A stretch of DNA of 64,000 nt. Origin: Sandaracinaceae bacterium (GTDB lineage: Bacteria > Myxococcota_A > Polyangia > Polyangiales > Sandaracinaceae). The notes beneath the pieces were generated by a model. The model made no database searches and was not told the DNA's origin. It worked only from the letters and a program-made list of their open reading frames with translations. Made by a program: the position numbers and the translations under genes. Position 1 is the stretch's first letter; the number at the start of each line of letters is the position of its first letter. Shown here in pieces: positions 38,231-46,389 of this stretch. The stretch lies in the NCBI GenBank assembly GCA_044220955.1, contig JBGAQA010000030.1:1-64000 (forward strand), written 5' to 3'.

Positions 38231-39412
38231 TCACTCGCGGTCGAGGACGACGAGCCGGATCTTGGCGCTACCACGCTTGGCCGTGGCCTTGCGAACGGGG
38301 GCGCGCTGGGCGCGCGGGGCATGGCGACGAGCAGCCCCCTGCTCCCACACGAGCGGGGCGAACTCGCCCTCGCCGTAGATGTCGAGGTATCCGCGCCAGA
38401 CGCCCTCGCACACGTCGGTCAGCGCACAGCGCGAGCAGGCGTCCATGTGGTGCTTGAGGTCGTAGCGCTTGCGATCCTGCCAGTTGAAGCGAGCGCGACC
38501 GTCCTCGAACGAGGCGACGCCGTACTCGCCCTCGGCGCGGATCGAGCAATCGGTGGAGAGGTCGCGGAAGACGTCGCCGCAGTACTTCGCGAGCAGGTGC
38601 TTGCTGCGCAAGAGCTCCTCCGGGAGCACGCAGAGCGGGAACCCGCCGAAGGTGAACGTCTTCTTGAAGTGGTACTCGTTCAAGAGGATCGCCTTCGTGA
38701 GCAGCGGCACGATCTCGGTGTAGGTGGGCACGAGATCGGCGTTCCCCTCGGCGTAGCCCTCGGGGCGCACGAAGTTCACGCGCAGATCGTCGAGGCCCAT
38801 CGTGTCGAAGAAGAACTTCATCATCGCGAGCAGGTGCGGCCCGTTCTTCGCATTGAGCACGATGTTCACGGAGACGCCGTCCGCGAGGTGTCCCTCCGAC
38901 TTGCGCTTCAAGAGGTTCCGGATCGCTGCGCACTTCTTCTCGTACGCGCCCGGCACCATCACGAGCTCGTCCTCGAGCGCCTTGGTGTGCCCGTGCATGG
39001 AGATCGTCGTGCGCGTCAGGCCGGCCGCGAGGAGCTTGTCGGTGAACTCCATGCGCCGCAGCATCATCGCGTTGGTGGCGAGCGCGATCCGCGTGTAGCC
39101 GAGCTCCTTGGCGTACGCGACCGACTCGACGATCTTCATGTACGTGGTCGGCTCGCCCCCGAGGAAGCCGACGGACAGGTGGCCCTCGGCCCGCCAGCGC
39201 TCGAGCTCGCGCTTCATCACCTCGAAGTCGATGAACGCGAGATCCTCCTTCGTCGGCATCCCGTCGAGACAGAAGACGCACTTGTTGTTGCAGACCTTGC
39301 CGACGTTGATCTCGACGTTCTTGCGGAGGTCCCGGTAAGTGCTGGTCACCTGGTTCGCGCTCGGGGAGAGCGCGGAGCTGGCCGGTGCCGGTGCGTCGCC
39401 GTCCGCGCTCAC
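38231..39412 (-). CDS. Radical SAM protein with C-terminal CxxC-x5-C motif (HxsC-like position)
   Basis: CNNKCVFC, GGEPT, TNA, FPLC and CSRCALTDVCEG. Confidence 0.88.
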   Translation of the reverse strand: MSADGDAPAPASSALSPSANQVTSTYRDLRKNVEINVGKVCNNKCVFCLDGMPTKEDLAFIDFEVMKRELERWRAEGHLSVGFLGGEPTTYMKIVESVAYAKELGYTRIALATNAMMLRRMEFTDKLLAAGLTRTTISMHGHTKALEDELVMVPGAYEKKCAAIRNLLKRKSEGHLADGVSVNIVLNAKNGPHLLAMMKFFFDTMGLDDLRVNFVRPEGYAEGNADLVPTYTEIVPLLTKAILLNEYHFKKTFTFGGFPLCVLPEELLRSKHLLAKYCGDVFRDLSTDCSIRAEGEYGVASFEDGRARFNWQDRKRYDLKHHMDACSRCALTDVCEGVWRGYLDIYGEGEFAPLVWEQGAARRHAPRAQRAPVRKATAKRGSAKIRLVVLDRE

Positions 39413-40419
39413 GACCCGCCCGCCTTCACGTAGGGAGTCAGGGCCGTCGTCGGGAAGATCTCCGCGTAGCGGTCGAACACGCCCATGCAGACGTCACGAC
39501 GCGCGCAGTCTCGGCAGGCATGGGCGTGGACGCGCTTGCGGTCGGGCGCCCAGGAGTAGATCGCCTCGAACACGACCTTGCCCGGCGCGCTGCCCCACTC
39601 GACGGTGACGCGCGGATCCCAGTGCAGATCGTTCGAGAGGAACGCGTGATCGCCCAAGAGGCACATCGGGGTACCGAAGAAGCGTACCACCGCGCGGGGA
39701 GCGCGCGACGGTACCTGGGGCAGCACCCGGGCCAGCGTATCGAGCGGCACCGCCAGCCGCTCGTAGTCGTCCAGGCCCTTGCCCTCGGGCGTGACGTTCG
39801 AGATCACGATCAGCTCGGCCCCGAGGGCGTCCGCGAGCGCGGCGGTGTCGGGCAGCGCCTCCACGTTCTGGCGCGTGACGACCGTGTTCACGTACGCGCG
39901 GAAGTCCGGGCGCAGACGCCTCGCGTTCGCGATCGCGGCGCAGACCTGCTCGAAGCTCCCCTCGCGCCCCGCCATGGCGTCGTGCAGCGCCGCGTCGGGC
40001 CCGTGGAGCGAGAAGAGCCCCTCGTCGAGGAAGGGCAGCGCGCGCGCCGCGAACTCCGCGCGCGCGATCATCGTCCCGATGGTCCCGATCGACGTGCGCA
40101 TCCCCAGCTTCTTGGCGAGCGCGAGCACCTCGACGAACTGCGGATGGATCGTCGGCTCGCCCCCGGTGAAGTGGACGTTCTTCACGCCACGCGACGCGTG
40201 CATGCGCAGGACGGTGGCCACGCGTGCCCACGTGACGGGGAAGGGCCTGAAGCGCTGCATGCGGTGCTCTTCGGAGCAGAACGAGCAGCGCTCGGGGCAG
40301 GTGTACGTGAGGTGCAGCTCGAGCCGCTCCATCACCCGGCCGTTCCGCGCGATCCAGGGTGTCGCGTTCTCGGCCTTCGCCGGGGCGTGCGCGCCGAGGA
40401 CGGGGAGAGACACCCTCAT
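39409..40419 (-). CDS. Radical SAM protein with C-terminal CxxC-x5-C motif, paralogous to 38231-39412
   Basis: CPERCSFC, TGGEPTIH, SLHG...HD, PMC and CRDCARRDVCMG. Confidence 0.88.
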   Translation of the reverse strand: MRVSLPVLGAHAPAKAENATPWIARNGRVMERLELHLTYTCPERCSFCSEEHRMQRFRPFPVTWARVATVLRMHASRGVKNVHFTGGEPTIHPQFVEVLALAKKLGMRTSIGTIGTMIARAEFAARALPFLDEGLFSLHGPDAALHDAMAGREGSFEQVCAAIANARRLRPDFRAYVNTVVTRQNVEALPDTAALADALGAELIVISNVTPEGKGLDDYERLAVPLDTLARVLPQVPSRAPRAVVRFFGTPMCLLGDHAFLSNDLHWDPRVTVEWGSAPGKVVFEAIYSWAPDRKRVHAHACRDCARRDVCMGVFDRYAEIFPTTALTPYVKAGGS

Positions 40420-40441
40420 GGGCGCGGACCTCGACGCCTCG

Positions 40442-41425
40442 TCACGCGGCCCTCGACCGGCGAGCGTCGATCCAGCGCGGCAAGAGGCGCCGACAGAAGC
40501 GCGTGAGGGCCTCGTCGGCCGCCAGGGTCGAGCTCCACACGCGCGGCGGGAGCGTGCGCTCGAGCAGCGCGTTCACCTCGCGCTGCTTGCCCGCGAGCGC
40601 GGCGGGAGTCGGCGGCGCGTCGAGGTCGCCGCAGCGCGTCTGATCGAGCAGTTCCTCGAGCGCGCCCGAGAGGCCCACGTTCGAGGGATGGATCGTCCGG
40701 TCCGCGTCGACGACCAGGCCCGTGTTGAAGAAGGGCGTCGGCGCCCGGGTCGTGAGGTTGCGGACGTAGAGCCACTCGCCCGCCGCCCATCGCGCCTCGA
40801 TGTTCTCCGCCATCGCGCCGAGCGCGCGCTCGAGCGCCGCGAGCTGCTCGTCGGTCCAGGGGATGTAGTAGCCGGGGAGGAAGTTGAAGCGGCGGAAGCC
40901 CAGCGAGAGGAGGTGCTCGAAGTTGTCCGCGGCGGCCGCCGCCGTCGCGGGCGGGATGGTCTGCGTGACCACCACGCGCGGCAAGCGCGCGAGCCGAGGC
41001 GCGAGCGCGGCGAGGTGATCGTAGGTGTCCAGGACCTTGGGCAGCGAGCGGCGGTGCCGGCGGTGGTCCTCGGGCCGCCCGTCCATGGAGACCTGCAGGA
41101 TGGTCTTGGGTCGCGAGGCGAGCAGCTCGAGCCACGCGTCGTCGAGCATCAGGCCGTTCGTCGAGAGCTGGATGGAGCGGATACCCGGCAAGGTCTCGGC
41201 GTGATCGATCGCCGCGCGCACGACTTCCGGCACGAGGAGCGGCTCGCCGCCGAAGAGCTTCACCGCGCCGCCACCGAACGCGCCGACGAAGAGGTCGAGG
41301 GCGCGGCGCGCGTCGGCGGCGCTGAGCGAGGGCCAGCCGTCCTTCGCGGTCGGGCAGTAGCTACAGCGCAGGTTGCAGGCGCGCGTGACCGTCAGGACCA
41401 GCAGCGATGCTGCGTCCGCCGGCAC
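40442..41425 (-). CDS. Radical SAM protein (anSME/AslB-like core, no clear SPASM cysteines)
   Basis: TRACNLRCSYC, FGGEPLL, STNG and VSMDG..E.H motifs. Confidence 0.88.
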   Translation of the reverse strand: MPADAASLLVLTVTRACNLRCSYCPTAKDGWPSLSAADARRALDLFVGAFGGGAVKLFGGEPLLVPEVVRAAIDHAETLPGIRSIQLSTNGLMLDDAWLELLASRPKTILQVSMDGRPEDHRRHRRSLPKVLDTYDHLAALAPRLARLPRVVVTQTIPPATAAAAADNFEHLLSLGFRRFNFLPGYYIPWTDEQLAALERALGAMAENIEARWAAGEWLYVRNLTTRAPTPFFNTGLVVDADRTIHPSNVGLSGALEELLDQTRCGDLDAPPTPAALAGKQREVNALLERTLPPRVWSSTLAADEALTRFCRRLLPRWIDARRSRAA

Positions 41426-41452
41426 GTCACCCCGCCCGACGCGCTCGCGTCG

Positions 41453-41839
41453 TCACCACTGACCGTGCGAGCCGTGCGAGCCGTGCGAGCCGTGCGAGCC
41501 GTGCGAGCCGTGCGAGCCGTGCGAGCCGTGCGAGCCGTGCGAGCCGTGCGAGCCGTGCGAGCCGTGCGAGCCGTGCGAGGCGTGCGAGCAGTGCTGCGCG
41601 AGGATGATGCTGCGGCTCGCGGGATCGGCGAGCAGGTCGTCGGCTGCGATGAGGAGATCCGCCGTCCGATCGGGACGCGTCGCCTGCTCGGTCTCGCGCG
41701 GCTGCATGAAGAGCGCCGGGGCGCGCCTGCGCCGCGGAAGCATCGGCGCGGCTGCCTGACGGGGCTGACGCCCGAGCTGCACGAGCTCGGTGCTCGCGTC
41801 CGGCGTGGCGTTGTCGTCCCTCTTCTCGCCTTCGGCCAT
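41453..41839 (-). CDS. hxsA: His-Xaa-Ser repeat precursor peptide (HxsA-like)
   Basis: 82-aa leader ending IILAQ, then HCS-HAS-(HGS)12-HGQW; strong RBS AGGAGAGG; flanked by radical SAM genes. Confidence 0.85.
   Translation of the reverse strand: MAEGEKRDDNATPDASTELVQLGRQPRQAAAPMLPRRRRAPALFMQPRETEQATRPDRTADLLIAADDLLADPASRSIILAQHCSHASHGSHGSHGSHGSHGSHGSHGSHGSHGSHGSHGSHGSHGQW
41463..41579 (+). repeat. Perfect 9-bp tandem repeat (CCGTGCGAG)x13 encoding the HGS tract on the minus strand
   Basis: 117 bp equals 13 identical units, counted directly. Confidence 0.95.
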
Positions 41840-41937
41840 GATCCCTCTCCTACTGCACGGCGGAGTGCCCGACGAGGTCGAGCAAGTTACGTTCTAGCAC
41901 GGGCGTCCGGGTCACGGATAGCGTACGACGAATCCGG

Positions 41938-43521
41938 TCAAACGGCGCAGCTTTGTCCCTGCTCCCGAGGGCGGGTCAGGATCCAGCGGCGGAACATCGC
42001 TTCGATCTCGCCGCTCGGGTCGTTCGCCAGCCGCTCGAGGAGCAGGGAGGCGATGGTGTAGTGCTCCTTGCACTTGGGGGAGTTCGGCCGCTGGCCGAAA
42101 ATATCCCCGCTCTTCATGTAGTTGTGCATCGGACAGACGCCGCAGAACGGCTTGTTCCAGCACGTGTCGCAGCCCGGCAGCGAGTCCTGCAGCGACGCGA
42201 CGGCCATCGCCCGCACCGTCGGGTGCTGGATCATCTCCGGATACGCTGTGCTCCCGACCTCGCCGATCTGGAACAGGTCGTTGCCCATCGCCGAGGTCAT
42301 CCGCGCCTCGTCGCAGGGAAAGAGCTTGCCGTCGTAGTTGTAGGCCACCTGGCCCGTTCCGGCGCCGCACGGCGAGCGGATGTCGACGAAGTTCGGATCG
42401 TCACCCGTGAGCATCTTGGCGAGGAACGTCGCCGACGTGCCCTCGACGATGGTGACGCCCTTCCGATTGAGCTCGATCAGGTAGTCGAGCGCCTGCGCGT
42501 AGAAGTCGAGGTACTCGGTCGTCGTGTAGCCGATGGCCTTCCACGTCGCGAGGGCGAACCCGTACGGGTTCAGCGGGCGGAGGTGGATCGTGTGCATCCC
42601 GAGCTCGACGTAGAGGTCGACGACCTCCTTGAAGTGCTCGAGCGTCTTGCGCGTCGTCGTCATCAGCGCGTCGACGTGCCAGAGCTGCGGGTCGCGCCCG
42701 AGCTCGACGTAGCGCCGGTTGAAGTAGGCGATCCACTCGCGCACGGTCTCGTAGGCGCCGGCCTTCGCGAGATCCTTCCCGGGGGGCCCCTTCTTTCCGG
42801 GAGGCAGAGTGTCGGGTGACTGCTTCCACGCGCGGTTCCAGTCGTGCACGTGCTGCGGTCCGTCGAGCGAGGTGCATACGAGCACGTCGTTCGCGATGAG
42901 CCACTCGGCCTTCTCCTCGGTCATGAACGTCATGTTCGTGACGAGCGAGTGGACGAGATCCTTCTTCTCGTACTTGTTCTTCTCGCGGCTGTACTCGACC
43001 ACGAACTTGATCGCGTCGAAGTTGGCCGTGGGCTCGCCACCCTGGAACTCGAAGTTGATCGTCGGCGAGGTCGACTGCATCGCGTGGTCGACCACCTGCT
43101 TGGCCGTCGCGAGCGACATGTCCGTGTCGACGCGATCCATGTCCGTGCGCGAAGCGTGGCAGTACTTGCAGCTCTGGTTGCAGCGCAGCGTCGTGATGAC
43201 GATGTGCAGGTGGGGCCCGTGGCTGAGAAACGCCTTCTTCCGGCGTACGCGCGCCGCGAGGTCGTCGATGTCCAGGCCCTCGCGGAGAAACCCCTTGGCC
43301 CGCAGCGCGGCGTGCTCGGGGTGCGCCTCGGTGATCTGGCCCGCGAGCAGCGCCTCGAAGTCGGACTTGGAGAGGAAGTGCCACTGTCCGGCGTCGTTGG
43401 TGACGATCATCCGCCCGGCGACCTCGCCCCAGCGGAAGAACGAGAGCTTGTCGGTCACGAGGGGGAGGCGGCGGACGCTGAGGGTCTTCTTGGTCACCGC
43501 GCCGACGACGGAATCGCTCAT
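41938..43521 (-). CDS. hxsB: His-Xaa-Ser system radical SAM/SPASM maturase HxsB
   Basis: LHIVITTLRCNQSCKYCHAS, EFQGGEP, TSLDGP..VHD.NR, RSPCGAG.GQVAYNYDG..FPCDEARM and CDTC..KPFCG.CP. Confidence 0.88.
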   Translation of the reverse strand: MSDSVVGAVTKKTLSVRRLPLVTDKLSFFRWGEVAGRMIVTNDAGQWHFLSKSDFEALLAGQITEAHPEHAALRAKGFLREGLDIDDLAARVRRKKAFLSHGPHLHIVITTLRCNQSCKYCHASRTDMDRVDTDMSLATAKQVVDHAMQSTSPTINFEFQGGEPTANFDAIKFVVEYSREKNKYEKKDLVHSLVTNMTFMTEEKAEWLIANDVLVCTSLDGPQHVHDWNRAWKQSPDTLPPGKKGPPGKDLAKAGAYETVREWIAYFNRRYVELGRDPQLWHVDALMTTTRKTLEHFKEVVDLYVELGMHTIHLRPLNPYGFALATWKAIGYTTTEYLDFYAQALDYLIELNRKGVTIVEGTSATFLAKMLTGDDPNFVDIRSPCGAGTGQVAYNYDGKLFPCDEARMTSAMGNDLFQIGEVGSTAYPEMIQHPTVRAMAVASLQDSLPGCDTCWNKPFCGVCPMHNYMKSGDIFGQRPNSPKCKEHYTIASLLLERLANDPSGEIEAMFRRWILTRPREQGQSCAV

Positions 43522-43778
43522 CGGCTGACCTCCCGCGAGCGCGCGACCGTCTCGGAGAGCGCGTAGTTCGCCAGCTCGTCGGCCAGCACGGCGCTGACGC
43601 TCGGGTGCGCGTGCTCGATGATCACCAGCATGTCCTCCGCGTTGTGCAGCACCTTGAGGGTCGCGAGGTCGGCGAACGCCTTCACAGCGTCCTCGACGGC
43701 CTCGGGGACGTAGAGCGACCGGTGGAAGCGAACGTGCTCGGGATCGGCCGCGGCCGACGGCTCCGCGGAGGACCCCAT
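43518..43778 (-). CDS. Short HxsD-like protein
   Basis: FHRSLY..EAV..A...F and LADELANYAL parallel the motifs of the upstream HxsD; overlaps both neighbours. Confidence 0.65.
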   Translation of the reverse strand: MGSSAEPSAAADPEHVRFHRSLYVPEAVEDAVKAFADLATLKVLHNAEDMLVIIEHAHPSVSAVLADELANYALSETVARSREVSR

Positions 43779-44287
43779 CAGCGCTTCTCCTCGGCGGGAG
43801 CGCCCGGCGGCGAAGCAGGGCTGGCCTTTTTCTCCCAGGGGACGGCGACCTCGAGCGGGGCCTCGGCCATCTCCTCGGCGTCGAGCTCCGCCAGGAGCTG
43901 GTCGATCGTGCTCTTCTGGTCGGACGCGAAGAACGCGCGGGCCATGTAGTACTCGCGGATGCGGGCCGTCGACTCGCCGACGCGCAGGCGCAGCACCTGG
44001 TTGAGCAGCTCGTTGGCCAGCTCGCCCGCGAGCGCCTCGAGCTCCGCCGCGGTGGCCGGTCCCTTCGTGCGCAGCCGCACCGCGACGCGCTGATCGGCCG
44101 GTCGATCGAGGAGCACGTAGCAGCGGTCGATGAAGAGGTAGGTGGCGCCGTAGATCGCGTCGCGCGGATAGAGCTGCTCGTCGATCACGAAGCGGATCTG
44201 GCGCTCGGAGAGCTCGTACTCGAAGTCCGCGCGATCGCCCGGCCCCGAGACGTCGGAGCGCTGCGGGGGAGCCGCCACTTCGCTCAT
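43778..44287 (-). CDS. hxsD: His-Xaa-Ser system protein HxsD
   Basis: IDEQLYPRDAIYGATYLFIDRCYV and ELANELLNQVLRLRV...TARIRE resemble the HxsD signature; operon context agrees. Confidence 0.75.
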   Translation of the reverse strand: MSEVAAPPQRSDVSGPGDRADFEYELSERQIRFVIDEQLYPRDAIYGATYLFIDRCYVLLDRPADQRVAVRLRTKGPATAAELEALAGELANELLNQVLRLRVGESTARIREYYMARAFFASDQKSTIDQLLAELDAEEMAEAPLEVAVPWEKKASPASPPGAPAEEKR

Positions 44288-44814
44288 GCCGTCTCCGCGA
44301 CCTGGTATCCGCCGTGCACCGCGTTGCGCTGCTCGTGCGTGAAGAGCGCCCGCAGCGCGACGCGCTGGTCGGGCGAGACGCCCCCTCGAAGGGCCGCCGA
44401 CTCGACGCGGCGAACGCGCGCCGCGAGGCTCATCACGGCGACGCCACCGGCCTCCTGCGTGATGCGATCACCATCGCCACCGTTCATCCAGCGCAGGTCG
44501 AGCAAGCGCGTCGTCGCCAGCCCCGCCGAGAGCGGCGAGCGCCGGAAGACCTGCACGACCGCTCGCGCGCCGTCCTGGCGGGCGAGCGTCACCGTCGCGG
44601 ACCCGCGCTGCACGTCCGAGACCGCCAGCACGCGGAAACCCCCGGGGAGCGGCCGGCCGATCAGCGGGGCGAAGAGGAAGTCCAGGCTCGGCAGGTGGCC
44701 GCGGCCTTCCGCGCGCTGGCCACCGGTCGGTCCTGCGCTGGCGAGCAGGGGCAGCGGAAGCGCTGCGCTCACGGCACCGGCACCCACGATCCCGAAGAAC
44801 GTCCGTCGTCGCAT
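44284..44814 (-). CDS. Twin-arginine (Tat) signal protein of unknown function, first gene of the Hxs operon
   Basis: MRRRTFFGIVGAGAVSAAL...; GGAG RBS; 4-nt ATGA overlap with hxsD. Confidence 0.7.
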   Translation of the reverse strand: MRRRTFFGIVGAGAVSAALPLPLLASAGPTGGQRAEGRGHLPSLDFLFAPLIGRPLPGGFRVLAVSDVQRGSATVTLARQDGARAVVQVFRRSPLSAGLATTRLLDLRWMNGGDGDRITQEAGGVAVMSLAARVRRVESAALRGGVSPDQRVALRALFTHEQRNAVHGGYQVAETA

Positions 44815-44861
44815 TGGTGTACTCCGTGGCCTCGTCCAAGCGGAACCGAGGCCGCGCTCAG

Positions 44862-44890
44862 AGGATACGCCCGCGCGGGCCCGGGGTGAA
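44862..44890 (-). promoter_or_regulatory. Candidate sigma-70 promoter of the Hxs operon
   Basis: Minus strand TTCACC-N17-TATCCT, followed by a GGCCTCG/CGAGGCC hairpin (44828-44853) just ahead of the RBS. Confidence 0.5.
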
Positions 44891-44913
44891 GGGGATCGAC
44901 GATGCGCCCGCGC

Positions 44914-46296
44914 TCAGAGCTCGAGGGGGCCTCGGTAGCCGTCGACCAGCGCGTTGGCCATGACCTCGCCCAGGCGCGTGTAGCCGCGCGCGGTGTAGTG
45001 CGTGTGGTCGGGCTGCGCCCACGCCGGATCGGCCGCCGCCCACTCGACCATGTGGAGGTCGCCCCCGCCGAACGCGACGAGGTCGAAGAAGCCGCAGCCG
45101 TAGTCCCGCGCGACGCGGCGCTGGACCTCGACGACCTGCGCCGTGCGCGGGCGCGTCTCGAAAGTGTGGTCTCGGTGGACGATGGGCCGGTCGGACGGGC
45201 CGACCAGCAGGCAGGACGCACCCGGCACCGCGCTCTGCACCCGGCCGACCACCGCCCGCACCGCGGCCTCGTAGTCCTCGATGGGCTGGTCGTCGTCACC
45301 GCTCTCGTTGGTGCCGTACGCGAGCACGACGAGATCCGGCATGCGGCGTCGCAGCTGCTCGGCTTGCAGCTCGGGGTTCCAGAGGAGCTGCGCGGCGGCA
45401 CGCGCGCCGTTGATCCCGAGCGTGTCGACGATCACGCCCGGTCGCTCGCGCTCGACGGTCGCGCCGTAGATCGTGACCGTTCCGTCGCCCCGCGTGCGGA
45501 CCTCGAAGGTGTGAGGGCGGTCCTCCGCGCTGACGACGGTGTAGACGGGGTGCGGGTGATCGGAGCGCGAGTTCAGCCGGCGATCGAGGTGCCCATCGAC
45601 GAGCACGTCGATCGTGCCGCCGTCCGGGCGCTCCGCGTACCAGAGCTCGAAGCGGCTCGCCGGCTCCGCCCCGGTGTCGATGCGGCCCCACGCGCGGGGT
45701 GCCTCCGTCGTGAGCGTGACGCCCATGATCCCGTACAGCTGCGGCTCGGTCTGCCCGACGTGAACGCGCAGGATGTCCCAGCGGCGGTAGTTCGAGGTGA
45801 CGTCGAGGTCCGCCGCTCGGTAGCTCGGCCAGGGCTCGACGGGGAGCACGAAGCCGTGACCGGCGTCGCCGAAGCGCGACTGCAAGAGGTGGCGCACGGT
45901 ACCGGTGTAGATGTCGGCGGCCACGTGCGAGGCGCCGTAGAACACGATGCGCGACTGGCCCTCGCCGGTCGCGGCGCGGCGCAGGGACTCGTGGAACGCG
46001 CGCAGCGCCGTGCCGCTCGCGTCTTCGATCGCGACGTCGACGCCGTAGATCGGTCGACCCTGCTCGTCGAGCGGCCAGACCGGCGCCGCGGGTAGCGCCG
46101 GATCGGTCGAGGGGGTCATGGCGCCGGACGCCGCGTCGGACGCCTCGGGGACCGGCGGATCGGCCAGCGCGACGAGCAGCGGGCCGGTACCCTCGACCTC
46201 CTGGGCCACGGAGTGCGAGGGACCGTTCGCGACGAGCCCCGCGCCCACCAGCGCGAGCCCGATCATCGAAGCGCGGAGCGCGGCGGCCGACCTCAC
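44914..46296 (-). CDS. Secreted SGNH/GDSL hydrolase (O-acetyltransferase / esterase-like)
   Basis: Blocks FYGASH, GINGAR, YGTNE and DHTHY. Confidence 0.82.
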   Translation of the reverse strand: MRSAAALRASMIGLALVGAGLVANGPSHSVAQEVEGTGPLLVALADPPVPEASDAASGAMTPSTDPALPAAPVWPLDEQGRPIYGVDVAIEDASGTALRAFHESLRRAATGEGQSRIVFYGASHVAADIYTGTVRHLLQSRFGDAGHGFVLPVEPWPSYRAADLDVTSNYRRWDILRVHVGQTEPQLYGIMGVTLTTEAPRAWGRIDTGAEPASRFELWYAERPDGGTIDVLVDGHLDRRLNSRSDHPHPVYTVVSAEDRPHTFEVRTRGDGTVTIYGATVERERPGVIVDTLGINGARAAAQLLWNPELQAEQLRRRMPDLVVLAYGTNESGDDDQPIEDYEAAVRAVVGRVQSAVPGASCLLVGPSDRPIVHRDHTFETRPRTAQVVEVQRRVARDYGCGFFDLVAFGGGDLHMVEWAAADPAWAQPDHTHYTARGYTRLGEVMANALVDGYRGPLEL

Positions 46297-46389
46297 CCCT
46301 CAAAGCTGCGGATCGAACGGCTCCACGTCAAATTCCCCGTACGCCGTCGGGGTGCCGATCGCCCGGGACGGCCCTACACTTCGAGCCCC

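Noticed and set aside
41463..41579. Tandem repeat as a CRISPR array or non-coding satellite
   Set aside because: Units are 9 bp with no spacers and no cas genes nearby; it reads in frame as HGS within an ORF that has an RBS.
41407..41607. Plus-strand (RAS)n and (VRA)n readings of the same repeat
   Set aside because: Shadow frames; the minus-strand HxS frame fits the operon direction and context.
44914..46296. SGNH hydrolase as a member of the Hxs operon
   Set aside because: Same strand, but a 99 bp gap containing a promoter-like site separates it; a link is not excluded but is unsupported.
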